Of a DNA stretch of 64,000 bases, positions 18,833 to 28,066 are shown one piece after another (position 1 is the first letter of the stretch; every line of letters starts with the position of its first letter). Below the pieces are notes generated by a model that saw nothing but the letters and a program-made list of their open reading frames with translations, had not been told where the DNA came from and did no database searches. The stretch comes from Clostridia bacterium (GTDB taxonomy: Bacteria > Bacillota > Clostridia > UMGS1883). Position numbers and translations under genes: made by a program. The DNA is taken from positions 26 to 64,025 of the forward strand of contig JAFVPB010000015.1 of NCBI GenBank assembly GCA_017505525.1. Reading direction: 5' to 3'.

Positions 18833-20179
18833 TTACCCAAATGTGCTTGCTGTTTCTACCCTTACCATGTATGGTTCAACAAGTCTAACCGTTGCTTTTG
18901 TAGCCTTCCAGCCTGCTGTTGCACGCTGATTGAGCGGGTCAGCAGTTCCTGCTGAGCCAAGCTGCTTGATTATATGTGTGAGGCCACCGCCCACAATTTC
19001 TGTTGTGCCATAAGCATTTTCACCGAAAATAAGTGTTGAATAAACATCTCTGCCCTTGTATCCTGCTTCACCGGGGTAAATAACCATTCCTGCTGAAATT
19101 GTATTTTTGGGTGCCTTTGCAAGATAAAGAGCCTTTTTATCTGCATCGATACCTGAAATTTCAAGCACTTCGGCATCACTTTCAGAATAGATAATCTGAA
19201 TTTTTCCGCCTGCAAGTCGCTCTGCATCTTCCAGAGTAATTTCTTCCTTAATTTTTAATTCAAATGTTGATGATGTTCCGCAGCCCTCTGCAAGTGTTGG
19301 GTTGCTATCGAGAACACTGTAGGAAGAAGCTGTAAGTTCACGCGACTGCGCACAAAGATCTTCTGCATGGAAAACCTTCGCTTCACTTGATTCCACAAAG
19401 CGAACATTTTCAATCTTACCGATTTCGCCCTGATAAATACCCTCGGGATCGGAATATGTTTTAACGTTAATCCACTTGGGATCACTCATAAGGTCGTATG
19501 CTGTATCAGGGTGAATAATACCCACATAGCTGCCATCGATAGTTTCGGCACTCATCTTCTTAAGATAGCGCACTGCCTTTCTGACAGCGTCGACCGTAAG
19601 ATAGTGATTTCCGCTTTCTTCTCCTCCGTTTAAAAGTCCTCTTTCATCAACCTGACCTTCGCTGTACTGCACATTTGTACCGCCTGAAAGCACCTCACGG
19701 GTGATTGTATCAAGAGTTCTTCCCGCCTGACCACCAAGAAGCTTTGTAGCCTGTACAAGATTGTTGTCAACTGCAGTAAGCATAAGCATATCTGAAAGCT
19801 CAATAAATCCACCATACTGCTTAACATCTGCAGAAACAACGCCCATATCAAGCTTCTGTCCTGATGGGGTAACGCCCTCTGCAAGAGGTGTTGTCATTTT
19901 GGGAAGCGGGTCGTACTTTCTGAATTCTATTGTCTTACCGTTTCCCTTCGGAATAGGGCACTTCTGTCCAAACTGGTCATGGACAAGTTTAGGCTCTGCC
20001 ATGTCAATAAGATAATCCGAGTAATATGTTCTCATTTCCGCACTTAATCCACCGTTTTCACCGTAAGGAGTGAATGCGCCTGTTGTATTATTAGCAATAC
20101 CTGCCGTTGTGTTTACAGTGTCGCCTGCAGCAAAAAGCTGCAAGTCAATAATTCTTTCTGTCTGTTTCAAATTTTTCAT
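18833..20179 (-). CDS. phage major capsid protein
   Basis: 448 aa in the canonical position downstream of portal and scaffold. The N-terminus 'IIDLQLFAAGD' resembles the L27/Prp cleavage motif. Confidence 0.7.
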   Translation of the reverse strand: MKNLKQTERIIDLQLFAAGDTVNTTAGIANNTTGAFTPYGENGGLSAEMRTYYSDYLIDMAEPKLVHDQFGQKCPIPKGNGKTIEFRKYDPLPKMTTPLAEGVTPSGQKLDMGVVSADVKQYGGFIELSDMLMLTAVDNNLVQATKLLGGQAGRTLDTITREVLSGGTNVQYSEGQVDERGLLNGGEESGNHYLTVDAVRKAVRYLKKMSAETIDGSYVGIIHPDTAYDLMSDPKWINVKTYSDPEGIYQGEIGKIENVRFVESSEAKVFHAEDLCAQSRELTASSYSVLDSNPTLAEGCGTSSTFELKIKEEITLEDAERLAGGKIQIIYSESDAEVLEISGIDADKKALYLAKAPKNTISAGMVIYPGEAGYKGRDVYSTLIFGENAYGTTEIVGGGLTHIIKQLGSAGTADPLNQRATAGWKATKATVRLVEPYMVRVETASTFG

Positions 20180-20197
20180 CCTTTCCTTTTACATTTA

Positions 20198-21028
20198 TCA
20201 GAAGCTTATTTTTTCGCCTCTTGCCGCACGTTTTGCAATCTCTTTGCGGTCTTTTTTGCTAAGCCTTGAAATATTATTTTCGAAAATCATTCCGCTTGTA
20301 GAGCGCGAGCCGTTTTCAATGGGGCGCACTCCCTTAGATCTGATTGAATCCACAATTTTCTTCTCAGCGTTTTTTGCATTCTTTTCAAGAAGCGTATCCA
20401 TATTTGTAACTTCGTAGGCATGCTTTACGCTTACTCCCACCCTGATAAGGCGTACAAATTCAGGATTTTTAAGCTGCTCTTTAAAATCGAAATCGCTGTA
20501 TTCCTTTTTTGTTTCTTCAACCTCAGCGCGAAGCTTTTCTGCTCTGGCCTTCGACTTTTCGTCTCTTTCGCTGTTCTCTCTCATCTTCTTAAGATAAGCG
20601 TTCTCTGCAATCAGTCTCCTGATAATGTCTTCGTATTTGTTTTCATTGTTGTTTTTGGTGTTTTCCATCTCGCCTGTTATCTCCTTTTCAAGCTTTTGTG
20701 CATTGTTATCATCAATGTTGTACTTTTTCATAAGCAAGTTTATGATATGTTCGTTTTTGTCGAGAGTTTCTTTCAACTTTTTCACCTCCTTGAATCTGCG
20801 GTCGATAATTTTTTGCACTCTTTGAGCAAATTGATTTTTAAATTTGCCGCTTATAAGCTTTTCAAACTCCGCATTTTTTTCTTTTTCGCTTTCGGCGTCA
20901 AAGCCTTCTTTTTCTTCGCCCGTATGCAGTTTGCCTGTTTCTGCAGTTTTTTCGGCATCTATACCTTCCCTTTGCTGCGCGCTTTGCTCGGGGATTGCAT
21001 GCTTTTGTTCTTTTTTCTTCATTGTCAT
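20198..21028 (-). CDS. phage scaffolding protein
   Basis: Highly charged, alpha-helical, coiled-coil-like 276-aa protein lying between the portal/Prp genes and the capsid gene. Confidence 0.55.
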   Translation of the reverse strand: MTMKKKEQKHAIPEQSAQQREGIDAEKTAETGKLHTGEEKEGFDAESEKEKNAEFEKLISGKFKNQFAQRVQKIIDRRFKEVKKLKETLDKNEHIINLLMKKYNIDDNNAQKLEKEITGEMENTKNNNENKYEDIIRRLIAENAYLKKMRENSERDEKSKARAEKLRAEVEETKKEYSDFDFKEQLKNPEFVRLIRVGVSVKHAYEVTNMDTLLEKNAKNAEKKIVDSIRSKGVRPIENGSRSTSGMIFENNISRLSKKDRKEIAKRAARGEKISF

Positions 21029-21339
21029 CTTTTCCTCTCAGTTTTAACTATCTTAATGTTTTCGGGAAATTGTCTTGCAAGCATCGTGAATCCTTCAAGC
21101 GCCATTTTATATGCTCCTCGGCATTCACGCCCTCCTGAAAAGCTGATTTCTCCAAGCCCTTTCTGGGTATTTGTTTCAAGCGAAGTAACAAGGGCATCCT
21201 TTTCCGCTGCTGCCACTAAGGAATAGTATAAAATACTCACAGCACTGCAAAGAATATCTTCTCCCTTTGAATACATAGCGTGCCCTTTTATATTTACCTT
21301 AAAATTATTTGCCCTTTTAACTGCCTGAATTTCTATCAT
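21025..21339 (-). CDS. Prp-like cysteine protease (ribosomal-processing protease family, DUF464), phage-encoded
   Basis: 'KGHAMYSKGEDILCSAVSIL' matches the Prp His/Cys catalytic dyad region 'GHAGY..G.DIVCAAVS'. It is 104 aa, the typical Prp size. Confidence 0.65.
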   Translation of the reverse strand: MIEIQAVKRANNFKVNIKGHAMYSKGEDILCSAVSILYYSLVAAAEKDALVTSLETNTQKGLGEISFSGGRECRGAYKMALEGFTMLARQFPENIKIVKTERKR

Positions 21340-22961
21340 ATTGCTTCCTCTCTTTCGGCTATCTGTATGTCTCGTATCTTTGCTTCTATGCCCGCTTTGC
21401 CCTCAAAATCCATAAGCTCAAGAGCGCAAAGTGCCTGTTCTTTATATTCAGGATTAAAAAAACCAAGACCAAAAAGCTCCTTTGCCATTTCGTTTTGCGA
21501 TAGCCTGCTGTATGGACTTTTCTTTTGAGCTTTCACACTGATATCAAAAACAGGTTTTCTGAAATATTCATCAGATTCTCCCTGCCCCTTAAGTTTTTCA
21601 TTACTGTAATCTGAAAACGTGTATTCACCTGAACTGTCTGCAATTCTGAAAGAGCGAAGCTCATCGTAAAACTGACGGATAAGCTCTATACAAAGGTAAT
21701 TTATCTTTGAAAATGCCCTGTAGGTAGATTTAAGCATATCTCTGCTTGTTTTACTTCCTGCCTCCTGAAGTGCAGCAATTGCAGATGCTGCCGTTACTCC
21801 GCCCTGGGTTGTTCCGCGTGAAACATCATTGTTCGAGCTTGTTTCCTTAAGTTCTTCAATTTTCATTTGAAGAATACTTATGCAAGATTGCGGCACCTGT
21901 GAAATCTGAATTTGGCGCAGTCTTTCTTCGTTTATATCACCCTCAACGTGAACAATCGGTTTTCTCCAATCGAGAAATTCCCCTTCGTTTATTCCTGCAC
22001 TCACCTTTGCAAAATACCTCGGTTTGGCACACATTATTGCGTTTTCAAGTATCGCCTGATTAAGCTTATCTATATACATCTGCGGATTTTTCGTTACTGC
22101 AATGAATCCAAATCCCGTGGGCGTACCCTCCTCGGGAAAAAGGGTATCGAAAATTATTGGGTATTCCCCATGGTCGTACCAGCCTTTTTCCTCGTATTCT
22201 TTATGATTTTCCGATGCAAATAAAACAGTATCTCCCACAAACTTGCAGTAATGAAGATTAACTCTGCCATTCTTTTTCACTTTATAGTACCAGTCCACAA
22301 TAGGGATTTTGTCTGCTATGTCCACATTATCATCGTATATGTACTGTTTAACATCAATTGTGCCTCCGTCCAACTTTCCGCGGAGCACCGGATATTCTTT
22401 TTCAAGCACATCTCCATCACACAAATCCACAATAAACAGATTACGGCTTTTCTGAATATCAGTAACACCCGGCTCCCAGAAAATATTTAGTAAATCAAGC
22501 TTTTTAATCTGTATATCACCAAGACCATTTTCAAGCTCACTGTTCCAGAAAACTCCCATAGCACTCGTTCCGTGCTTAAGCTTGTACCACCAGCAATCGG
22601 AATAAATATCCTCGTAATTGTTGTGCTCAAGAATGCACGGAAGAATACCCGACAGCCGCTTTGCTTCCTCGTAATCGTTTTTTTCCCTTGGAAGAATACT
22701 TGCCTCAGGGAAATTATCCATGGCATCGGCGTGCTTATTGATAAGCGAATTAAAAAGCCACGCACTGACGGCTTCTCCCTGCCCTGAATCTTTACGCGAG
22801 GAGTCCATTTCCCTATGGCGAAGTTTCCACCACTGTTCGTCCTCAACTATTCTCTCTTCGAGGCTTGTTTTGGCTTCTTTATATTTCTTAAGCTTTATTG
22901 CCGCCTCTTTAACTTCTTCTTTTCCTATTTTTTTATGGAAAACACTTTCTTTCTGCTTCAC
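21336..22961 (-). CDS. phage portal protein
   Basis: 541 aa between the terminase and the scaffold/capsid genes, which is the canonical gene order. Confidence 0.65.
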   Translation of the reverse strand: MKQKESVFHKKIGKEEVKEAAIKLKKYKEAKTSLEERIVEDEQWWKLRHREMDSSRKDSGQGEAVSAWLFNSLINKHADAMDNFPEASILPREKNDYEEAKRLSGILPCILEHNNYEDIYSDCWWYKLKHGTSAMGVFWNSELENGLGDIQIKKLDLLNIFWEPGVTDIQKSRNLFIVDLCDGDVLEKEYPVLRGKLDGGTIDVKQYIYDDNVDIADKIPIVDWYYKVKKNGRVNLHYCKFVGDTVLFASENHKEYEEKGWYDHGEYPIIFDTLFPEEGTPTGFGFIAVTKNPQMYIDKLNQAILENAIMCAKPRYFAKVSAGINEGEFLDWRKPIVHVEGDINEERLRQIQISQVPQSCISILQMKIEELKETSSNNDVSRGTTQGGVTAASAIAALQEAGSKTSRDMLKSTYRAFSKINYLCIELIRQFYDELRSFRIADSSGEYTFSDYSNEKLKGQGESDEYFRKPVFDISVKAQKKSPYSRLSQNEMAKELFGLGFFNPEYKEQALCALELMDFEGKAGIEAKIRDIQIAEREEAI

Positions 22962-23512
22962 CCTTTTTCCTCCTTAATATCGGGCAGTATTACAACTCCC
23001 GATTTTTCATTTTCTTCATCTTGTTTTTCTTTGTGCTTCGCCTCTTCAATTTGTAGTTTCCTTTCATCAAGAGGAGATACAATTCCATACATAACGCTTT
23101 TTATCTGTTCGAGCGACTCAAGCGCCTTTATTGCCGAGCCTAACGATTTCATATCAATTTTATTGAAAATCTGCTCTTCAGTAACAGTGGTGCCGTCGCT
23201 TCCCTTTTCTTTTATGAGATAGCGCCTGAACTGATCTTTGTCGCTAACGGCTTCATCAAGAATTCCCGAAAGCTTATTTGCAATATCAAGCTCCTTCGAG
23301 AGCTTTATTGCGGCAATATATGCGGCCTTATCGGCACACTTTTCCATCACGCTCCCAAGATATTCCTGCCTTGCCTCCTGCCATCTTTCTATCTGATAAT
23401 GACGATAAAGCGTTGCAGGATGTATCCCGTGTTTTTTACTGAGTGCCGCTGCCGATATATCGCTCGTTACAAATTCTGTTTTAAGAGCATTCCAATCATA
23501 TTTTTTCTTCAT
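22958..23512 (-). CDS. phage HTH-domain protein (possible small terminase subunit / packaging protein)
   Basis: N-terminal HTH 'ISAAALSKKHGIHPATLYRHYQ' and an acidic coiled-coil C-terminus. It lies between the large terminase and the portal. Confidence 0.4.
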   Translation of the reverse strand: MKKKYDWNALKTEFVTSDISAAALSKKHGIHPATLYRHYQIERWQEARQEYLGSVMEKCADKAAYIAAIKLSKELDIANKLSGILDEAVSDKDQFRRYLIKEKGSDGTTVTEEQIFNKIDMKSLGSAIKALESLEQIKSVMYGIVSPLDERKLQIEEAKHKEKQDEENEKSGVVILPDIKEEKG

Positions 23513-23523
23513 TTTCCCCTCCG

Positions 23524-24954
23524 CTACCTTATTATTGTTTTTCCGTATTGTGCGTATTCTTCTGTGTTAAGAGGGTTGTAGATTACCTGAGGTGCTTTTA
23601 CCGGTGGCGGATTGATGGGATTTTCCATTGCAACATATCTTACTTCGTCATAGATATGGTCTTCTGCCTGAGTATCGATATCTTCAACATCGCTTGCACT
23701 ATACACAAGGGCGGGAATAGTCCTTATAAAATTCTTGCAGGTAGAAAAAACATAAAGCATCGGAATCCCGCGTTCGTCAAACGCAAGACGGTTATGCAGC
23801 TGCATTTTTCCCGCCATTCGGGTGTTATCGGCTTTTTCAAAATAAACTCCTGCCCTCTCCATCATTGATGCCACACTCTCCCCACGGCTTTCATCAAAAA
23901 TTGATGGATCGGCAATTCCCGTAACGTAACGTCCTTTAAGATTAATGTCTTCTTTTTCCACCCTTGATATATTTTTTGCTATTTCCAATGGTTCCCATCG
24001 CACCCCCTCGTTGGGAGTTCCCGTGCAGCCGTAAAGTTCCCTTATCCGATACATTCTTCCATCGTGGTCAACCGCATACCAACCCACAGAAAACGGTCTT
24101 GAATAGCCAAAGTCAAATCCGCGGTATATTTTCCACGAAGCCGGTACCCGAAATGGCTCTATCACGTGAGTATCAATATGCGTTTTATAGCCATCGGGAT
24201 TATTCTTCCACTCTGTAAAAACCTGACCCGAAAAGCTGTCCCAGTCTCCGTATAAAAGAGCTTTTCTTTCATTTTCAGGAAGAGAAGCCAGCCTCGTTAT
24301 ATATTCAGGGTCGTTACGAAGAAGAATTTTATTATCAAACACGCTCGACGGCACAAATATTCTTGATCTCTGCCTTTTCTCGCTGTGTCCGTCGGGAAAT
24401 ATTATATTAATATCCTCGTAAATTGTTGTCATTGGCGGTGCAGGAGTTATAAATCTCTCCTTTACCCAGCCGTGGCCAACTCCTCCGGGGTTTGCCTGTG
24501 CCCTTATATAGCACCTTGTACCGGGACCGTTTGGTCTGTTACGACTGAAAAGATAACTGTATTCATCCCAGGTAAAGTGTGTAAGCTCGTCAAAATCTAT
24601 AAAGTCGTACCTTTTTCCCTGATAGTTTGTTCTGTCTTTGGTGTGTTGCATTGCCCCAAAATATATTTTTGCTCCGCTTTTAAATGTCCAACAGTGCTTT
24701 TGTTCATTATATTTCGCATCGGGAAATGCACTTTTATAAATCTCGCGACTCCTGTCGATTAATTCTGAAAGCTGAGGATACGTTTTTCTTAATATTAACC
24801 CCCTGTAGTGAGGGATATTAACCTGTCTTAAGGCTTCTGCTAATGCACAGTCGCTTTTTCCCCCACCGGCGGCGCCACCGTAAAGAGCCTCATTTTCAAA
24901 ACGCTCCATAAAAATCTTTTGCCTTGGCTGAGGCGTCCATATTACGTTTTTCAT
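23524..24954 (-). CDS. phage terminase large subunit
   Basis: Walker A 'LYGGAAGGGKSD' and a C-terminal nuclease region with conserved acidic residues. 476 aa. Confidence 0.85.
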   Translation of the reverse strand: MKNVIWTPQPRQKIFMERFENEALYGGAAGGGKSDCALAEALRQVNIPHYRGLILRKTYPQLSELIDRSREIYKSAFPDAKYNEQKHCWTFKSGAKIYFGAMQHTKDRTNYQGKRYDFIDFDELTHFTWDEYSYLFSRNRPNGPGTRCYIRAQANPGGVGHGWVKERFITPAPPMTTIYEDINIIFPDGHSEKRQRSRIFVPSSVFDNKILLRNDPEYITRLASLPENERKALLYGDWDSFSGQVFTEWKNNPDGYKTHIDTHVIEPFRVPASWKIYRGFDFGYSRPFSVGWYAVDHDGRMYRIRELYGCTGTPNEGVRWEPLEIAKNISRVEKEDINLKGRYVTGIADPSIFDESRGESVASMMERAGVYFEKADNTRMAGKMQLHNRLAFDERGIPMLYVFSTCKNFIRTIPALVYSASDVEDIDTQAEDHIYDEVRYVAMENPINPPPVKAPQVIYNPLNTEEYAQYGKTIIR

Positions 24955-25208
24955 ATGTTTTCACATATTTCCAGAATATAATTCCCCTCTTTGTCTTTTG
25001 TTGCAAAAAGCCTGTAATTCCCAAGAACATTCTTCACATCGTCTGCGCTTATCGTTCTTTTTCCTCCCTGTTCTTTTACAAGCATTACAATATTTGCCGC
25101 TGCACAGTCAAGAAGCTGGCGCATAGCCTCAATTTCTTCCCTTAGCTCCCCTATAAGCTTTTTATCGTCGGCGATTTTCTTATCACGCCTTTTAATTTCG
25201 TTATTCAT
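24951..25208 (-). CDS. hypothetical phage protein (coiled-coil)
   Basis: 85 aa, overlapping the terminase start. Confidence 0.3.
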   Translation of the reverse strand: MNNEIKRRDKKIADDKKLIGELREEIEAMRQLLDCAAANIVMLVKEQGGKRTISADDVKNVLGNYRLFATKDKEGNYILEICENI

Positions 25209-25404
25209 TTTTATTTCCTCCGCTGTAGTATTCTGTTAAAGATGAAGCCGCACTGCATTTTTTCCAGCAAGCATTGTTTGCGCAGTATTTTGTTGTATAC
25301 TCATTTTTTAATTCCCCGTTATGAAATCTTAATATACCACCCTCGCAATAAATTTTCTTTCTGCTCTCTCTTTTATAAAAAGGACAATCTATCACTTTTT
25401 TCAA
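25201..25404 (-). CDS. small Cys-rich phage protein
   Basis: 67 aa with cysteines at 'CPFYK...YCEGG...YCANNACWKKC'. Confidence 0.3.
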   Translation of the reverse strand: MKKVIDCPFYKRESRKKIYCEGGILRFHNGELKNEYTTKYCANNACWKKCSAASSLTEYYSGGNKNE

Positions 25405-25631
25405 TTTGTCTCACCTCGCAGTGCCATATACTTACCATAGGAAAGCCCCATTTTCTGTGCTTTTTGTTGTAGCAAGGTTAAATCCTCATATGGCAGTCTC
25501 ACACAGTCTATGTATGGAGCATATCCGCATTTTTTTCTTTTGTAGCAAAACTTACTACACGTTATTCTTCTTAACGAAAGCTCGGGGATACGTCTCCCGC
25601 AAACAACACAAAACTTAAAATCTCTTTCCAT
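25401..25631 (-). CDS. small zinc-ribbon protein, first gene of the leftward phage operon (Cro/early-regulator candidate)
   Basis: 'CVVCGRR...CSKFC' zinc ribbon plus a C-terminal helical region. It is divergent from the repressor gene. Confidence 0.3.
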   Translation of the reverse strand: MERDFKFCVVCGRRIPELSLRRITCSKFCYKRKKCGYAPYIDCVRLPYEDLTLLQQKAQKMGLSYGKYMALRGETN

Positions 25632-25817
25632 AATCTTTCCTTTCGCGTAAGTTAATTTTTGATGGTCTTACGTATTACGTAAGTGAGTATATATTACCAA
25701 ATATCAAAAGTCAATACTTTTTACGTAAGTTTTTTAATTTTTCTTGCATTTTAGGAAAGTTAGTGATATAATCCATTTGTAACACAGGTATTTTTGTAAC
25801 AGAATTGAGGATTAATT
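25632..25817. promoter_or_regulatory. divergent promoter/operator region of the phage repressor switch
   Basis: 17-bp palindrome CTTACGTA-T-TACGTAAG (25667-25683) plus half-sites ACGTAAGT at ~25645 and ~25719. A sigma-70-like promoter TTGCAT-17-TATAAT (25746-25774) faces the repressor gene. Confidence 0.55.
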
Positions 25818-26429
25818 ATGAAATTACAAGACAGAATTAAAGAACGTCGCCGCGCACTTGGGCTAACACTTCTTGAGGTAGCAGATGCTCTTGGCGTGAA
25901 AGAAGCCACCGTGCAAAGATACGAAAGCGGAGAAATAAAAAATTTAAAGCTTGAAACAATAAATTCACTTGCAAAGCTTTTCAGATGCTCTCCCTCTTAT
26001 CTTGTGGGGTGGGATTTTGAAGATTCACTTCCTCCCCAGGTCATGGAAATAAAAAACGAAGAAGTGCCTATGGTAGGCGAAATTGCCGCCGGAAAACCCA
26101 TTCTTGCAAATGAATTTGTTGAATACTATTCACCTCTTAAGGATACAGGTGCCGATTTCTGCCTTAAGGTTAAAGGCGATTCTATGATTGGCGCCGGAAT
26201 AACCGATGGTTGTACCGTTTTTATCCACAGGCAGGATATTGTGGAAGACGGTGAAATTGCCGCAGTGCTTATTGATGACGAAGCAACACTTAAAAGGGTG
26301 TATATATCTGAAGATTCTATAACTCTTGTTGCTGAAAATCCCAAATACAAGCCAATGATATATTCAGGCGAGAAATGTAGTGGCATTCGTATTCTGGGCA
26401 AAGCCGTTTCGTTTATGTCTGCCTTATAA
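25818..26429 (+). CDS. phage CI-like repressor (XRE-family HTH + S24 LexA-like peptidase domain)
   Basis: N-terminal HTH 'LGLTLLEVADALGVKEATVQRYESGE' and C-terminal S24 'KVKGDSMIGAGITDGCTVFIHRQ...LKRV' with a Ser/Lys dyad. Confidence 0.8.
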   Translation: MKLQDRIKERRRALGLTLLEVADALGVKEATVQRYESGEIKNLKLETINSLAKLFRCSPSYLVGWDFEDSLPPQVMEIKNEEVPMVGEIAAGKPILANEFVEYYSPLKDTGADFCLKVKGDSMIGAGITDGCTVFIHRQDIVEDGEIAAVLIDDEATLKRVYISEDSITLVAENPKYKPMIYSGEKCSGIRILGKAVSFMSAL

Positions 26430-26458
26430 ATTAAAAATATAAATTTTGGAAAAAAAGC

Positions 26459-26487
26459 TTGCAAAATAGTTTTTTTGATGATATAAT
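26459..26487 (+). promoter_or_regulatory. sigma-70-like promoter of the rimP-nusA-infB operon
   Basis: TTGCAA-17nt-TATAAT, followed by a leader hairpin AGAGTGGGgtttCCCACTCT. Confidence 0.5.
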
Positions 26488-26545
26488 ACTTTTGGTTAAG
26501 TAAGAGTGGGGTTTCCCACTCTTTCGTATTATATGGAAAACAGAG

Positions 26546-27010
26546 GTGATTGAATTGTCTAAAATTGAATCTGCACTTGAAAAAATTGCTCTTCCTGTTT
26601 GCAATGAAGCCGGTGTTTATATCTACGATACCGAGTATAAAAAGGAAGGAGCAAACTATTTTCTCCGCCTCTATATAGATAAAGAAGGCGGCGTTACAAT
26701 CGAAGATTGTGAGAATGTAAGCCGCAATTTAAACCCGCTTCTTGACGAGGCTGATATAGTTAAGGAAGCTTATATTTTCGAGGTTTCCTCCCCTGGGATC
26801 GACCGTTTGCTTACAAAACCGTGGCACTATGAAAAAGTAATCGGCGAAGATGTAACAGTTAAACTTTTTTCGCCCATCGATTCTAAAAAGGAGCTTGAGG
26901 GCACACTTTTAAAAGCTGATGACGAAACTTTTACCATCAGCTCAGAAAATAAAGAGATTACAATTGAAAAAAAGCAGGCGGCATCAACCCGTTTGGCGTT
27001 TAAATTTTAA
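26546..27010 (+). CDS. rimP: ribosome maturation factor RimP
   Basis: 154 aa of RimP-like sequence, the first gene of the nusA-infB operon. The start is either the GTG at 26546 or the TTG at 26555. Confidence 0.85.
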   Translation: MIELSKIESALEKIALPVCNEAGVYIYDTEYKKEGANYFLRLYIDKEGGVTIEDCENVSRNLNPLLDEADIVKEAYIFEVSSPGIDRLLTKPWHYEKVIGEDVTVKLFSPIDSKKELEGTLLKADDETFTISSENKEITIEKKQAASTRLAFKF

Positions 27011-27028
27011 TAGGAGATGATTAGAAAA

Positions 27029-28066
27029 ATGAACAGCGAACTTATCTTGGCACTTGATGCACTTGAAAAAACCAAAAATATTAAAAAGGAAATTATGTTT
27101 GAAGCTCTTGAAGCAGCACTTATCACAGCATATAAAAAGAACTTCGGCCCCGGCTATAATTGCTTTGCCGATGTTAACCGCGAAACCGGTGATATGCGTG
27201 TGTACTGCACAAAAACAGTTGTTGAAGAAGTAAATGACGATTGCACCGAAATCACACTTGAAGAAGCACAGAAGGTTAACAAGCGTTATCAGATTGGCGA
27301 CCTTGTTGATTTTGAGGCTTCTCCCGCAAAGTTCGGCAGAATTGCTGCTCAAACTGCAAAGCAGATTGTTGTGCAGAAAATCCGTGAAGCAGAACGCGGA
27401 AATATGTATGATGAATACCAGAGCAAAGAAAACGATATTATGCTTGGCAAGGTTGAAAAGCTCGACCGCAAGGGCGTTATGGTTGACCTTGGCACTGCCG
27501 AAGCTCTTCTCACAGAATCAGAGCAGATTCCGGGTGAAATCTACACTCCGGGAAAAAGAATTAAGGTTTATGTTTACGAAGTTAAGAAAACTCCTAAAAA
27601 CGTTAACCTTATGGTTTCAAGAACTCATCCCGGTCTTGTTAAAAAACTTTTCGAACAGGAAGTTCCCGAAATTGCCGATGGCACAGTTGTTATCAAGAGT
27701 ATTGCGCGCGAGGCAGGAAGCCGCAGCAAAATTGCAGTTTTTGCTGAAAACCCCAATATCGACCCTGTAGGCTCTTGCGTAGGACAGAAGGGTACAAGAG
27801 TTGCTTCTATTGTTGAGGAGCTTAACGATGAAAAAATCGATGTTGTACAGTATAGCGACGATATCGCAGAATATATCAGCGCTGCACTTAACCCCGCAAA
27901 GGTTTTAAGCGTAAGTGTTGACGAAGCAAACAAATCAGCACTTGTAACTGTGCCCGAATTCCAGCTTTCTCTCGCAATCGGTAAGGAAGGTCAGAATGCA
28001 CGCCTTGCCGCACGCCTCACAGGTTGGAAAATCGATATTAAAAGCGATGGCGGTGCACTTCAATGA
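27029..28066 (+). CDS. nusA: transcription termination/antitermination factor NusA
   Basis: NusA N-terminal domain, S1 domain and two KH domains ('GSRSKIAVF', 'IGKEGQNARLAARLTGWKIDIK'). The start is placed at the ATG at 27029, downstream of an AGGAGA RBS. Confidence 0.9.
   Translation: MNSELILALDALEKTKNIKKEIMFEALEAALITAYKKNFGPGYNCFADVNRETGDMRVYCTKTVVEEVNDDCTEITLEEAQKVNKRYQIGDLVDFEASPAKFGRIAAQTAKQIVVQKIREAERGNMYDEYQSKENDIMLGKVEKLDRKGVMVDLGTAEALLTESEQIPGEIYTPGKRIKVYVYEVKKTPKNVNLMVSRTHPGLVKKLFEQEVPEIADGTVVIKSIAREAGSRSKIAVFAENPNIDPVGSCVGQKGTRVASIVEELNDEKIDVVQYSDDIAEYISAALNPAKVLSVSVDEANKSALVTVPEFQLSLAIGKEGQNARLAARLTGWKIDIKSDGGALQ

Noticed and set aside
20420-21226. 268-aa plus-strand ORF opposite the scaffold and Prp genes
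   Set aside because: Its F/L/S-rich low-complexity translation is the mirror of the charged scaffold gene, and no start context is present.
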